Part shown: positions 63,896-64,000 of the stretch, one piece after another | Numbering within the stretch: position 1 is the first letter of the stretch | Layout of the letters: every line of letters begins with the position of its first letter | Virus record (IMG/VR): IMGVR_UViG_3300024503_000419 | Reading direction: 5' to 3' (one strand) | DNA from: a virus | Length of the DNA stretch: 64,000 bases | Program-made: the position numbers and the translations under genes | Notes under the pieces: generated by a model | Databases searched by the model: none | Seen by the model: only the letters and a program-made list of their open reading frames with translations | What the model was told of the DNA's origin: nothing

Positions 63896-64000
63896 ATGAA
63901 GGATTTAAAGTATGTTTGTGTTCAGCCTGACGACACCTATTACACATGGCAGGTGCATTTATGGTTGGAGAGCCTTAGAAAAAGAAACGAATCTGACAAG
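63896..64000 (+). CDS. Partial CDS at the window edge, possibly a glycosyltransferase-like protein
   Basis: MKDLKYVCVQPDDTYYTWQVHLWLESLRKRNESDK..., open to the end of the window; AACTACATATG leader. Confidence 0.55.
   Translation, partial: MKDLKYVCVQPDDTYYTWQVHLWLESLRKRNESDK

Noticed and set aside
1-64000. Stop-codon reassignment (TAG to Gln or TGA to Trp) as in some gut crAss-like phages
   Set aside because: Very long ORFs (4013, 1926, 1670 aa) are intact in code 11, TAG and TGA both end plausible genes (e.g. 11096, 43742, 4121, 10612), and no suppressor tRNA is seen

Overview
This window is a 64-kb late-gene segment of a crAss-like (Crassvirales) podophage that most likely infects a Bacteroidota host. 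The host call rests on repeated TTTG-N19-21-TAnnTTTG promoters and the lack of Shine-Dalgarno motifs. The standard genetic code reads all long ORFs intact. Gene order: putative scaffold, major capsid protein, ring/auxiliary capsid/hub-like proteins, a metallophosphoesterase, an HU/IHF-like protein, a muzzle (tail stabilisation) protein that appears split and carries Cys-rich domains on poly-Thr linkers, internal cargo proteins, a 4013-aa virion RNA polymerase polyprotein (DFDFD motif), a 1670-aa ejected protein with a PD-(D/E)XK domain, and Gly-Thr-Ser collagen-like and beta-helical fibres. A 9-kb glycan-modification island, a GH19 lysis cassette and further fibre genes follow. The main finding is that island (50.2-59.4 kb). 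It encodes most of an ADP-heptose pathway (HldA, HldC, HldD and a cupin that may replace GmhA), a four-domain enzyme ending in an Aah/TibC-type iron-finger protein O-heptosyltransferase, a GT9-like enzyme, an FkbM methyltransferase, and a PAPS-synthesis plus sulfotransferase operon. It sits next to virion proteins rich in Ser/Thr tracts. Together these suggest a phage-encoded system that coats the virion with heptose-initiated, methylated and sulfated O-glycans. Family assignments come from motifs recognised by eye; no database searches were run.
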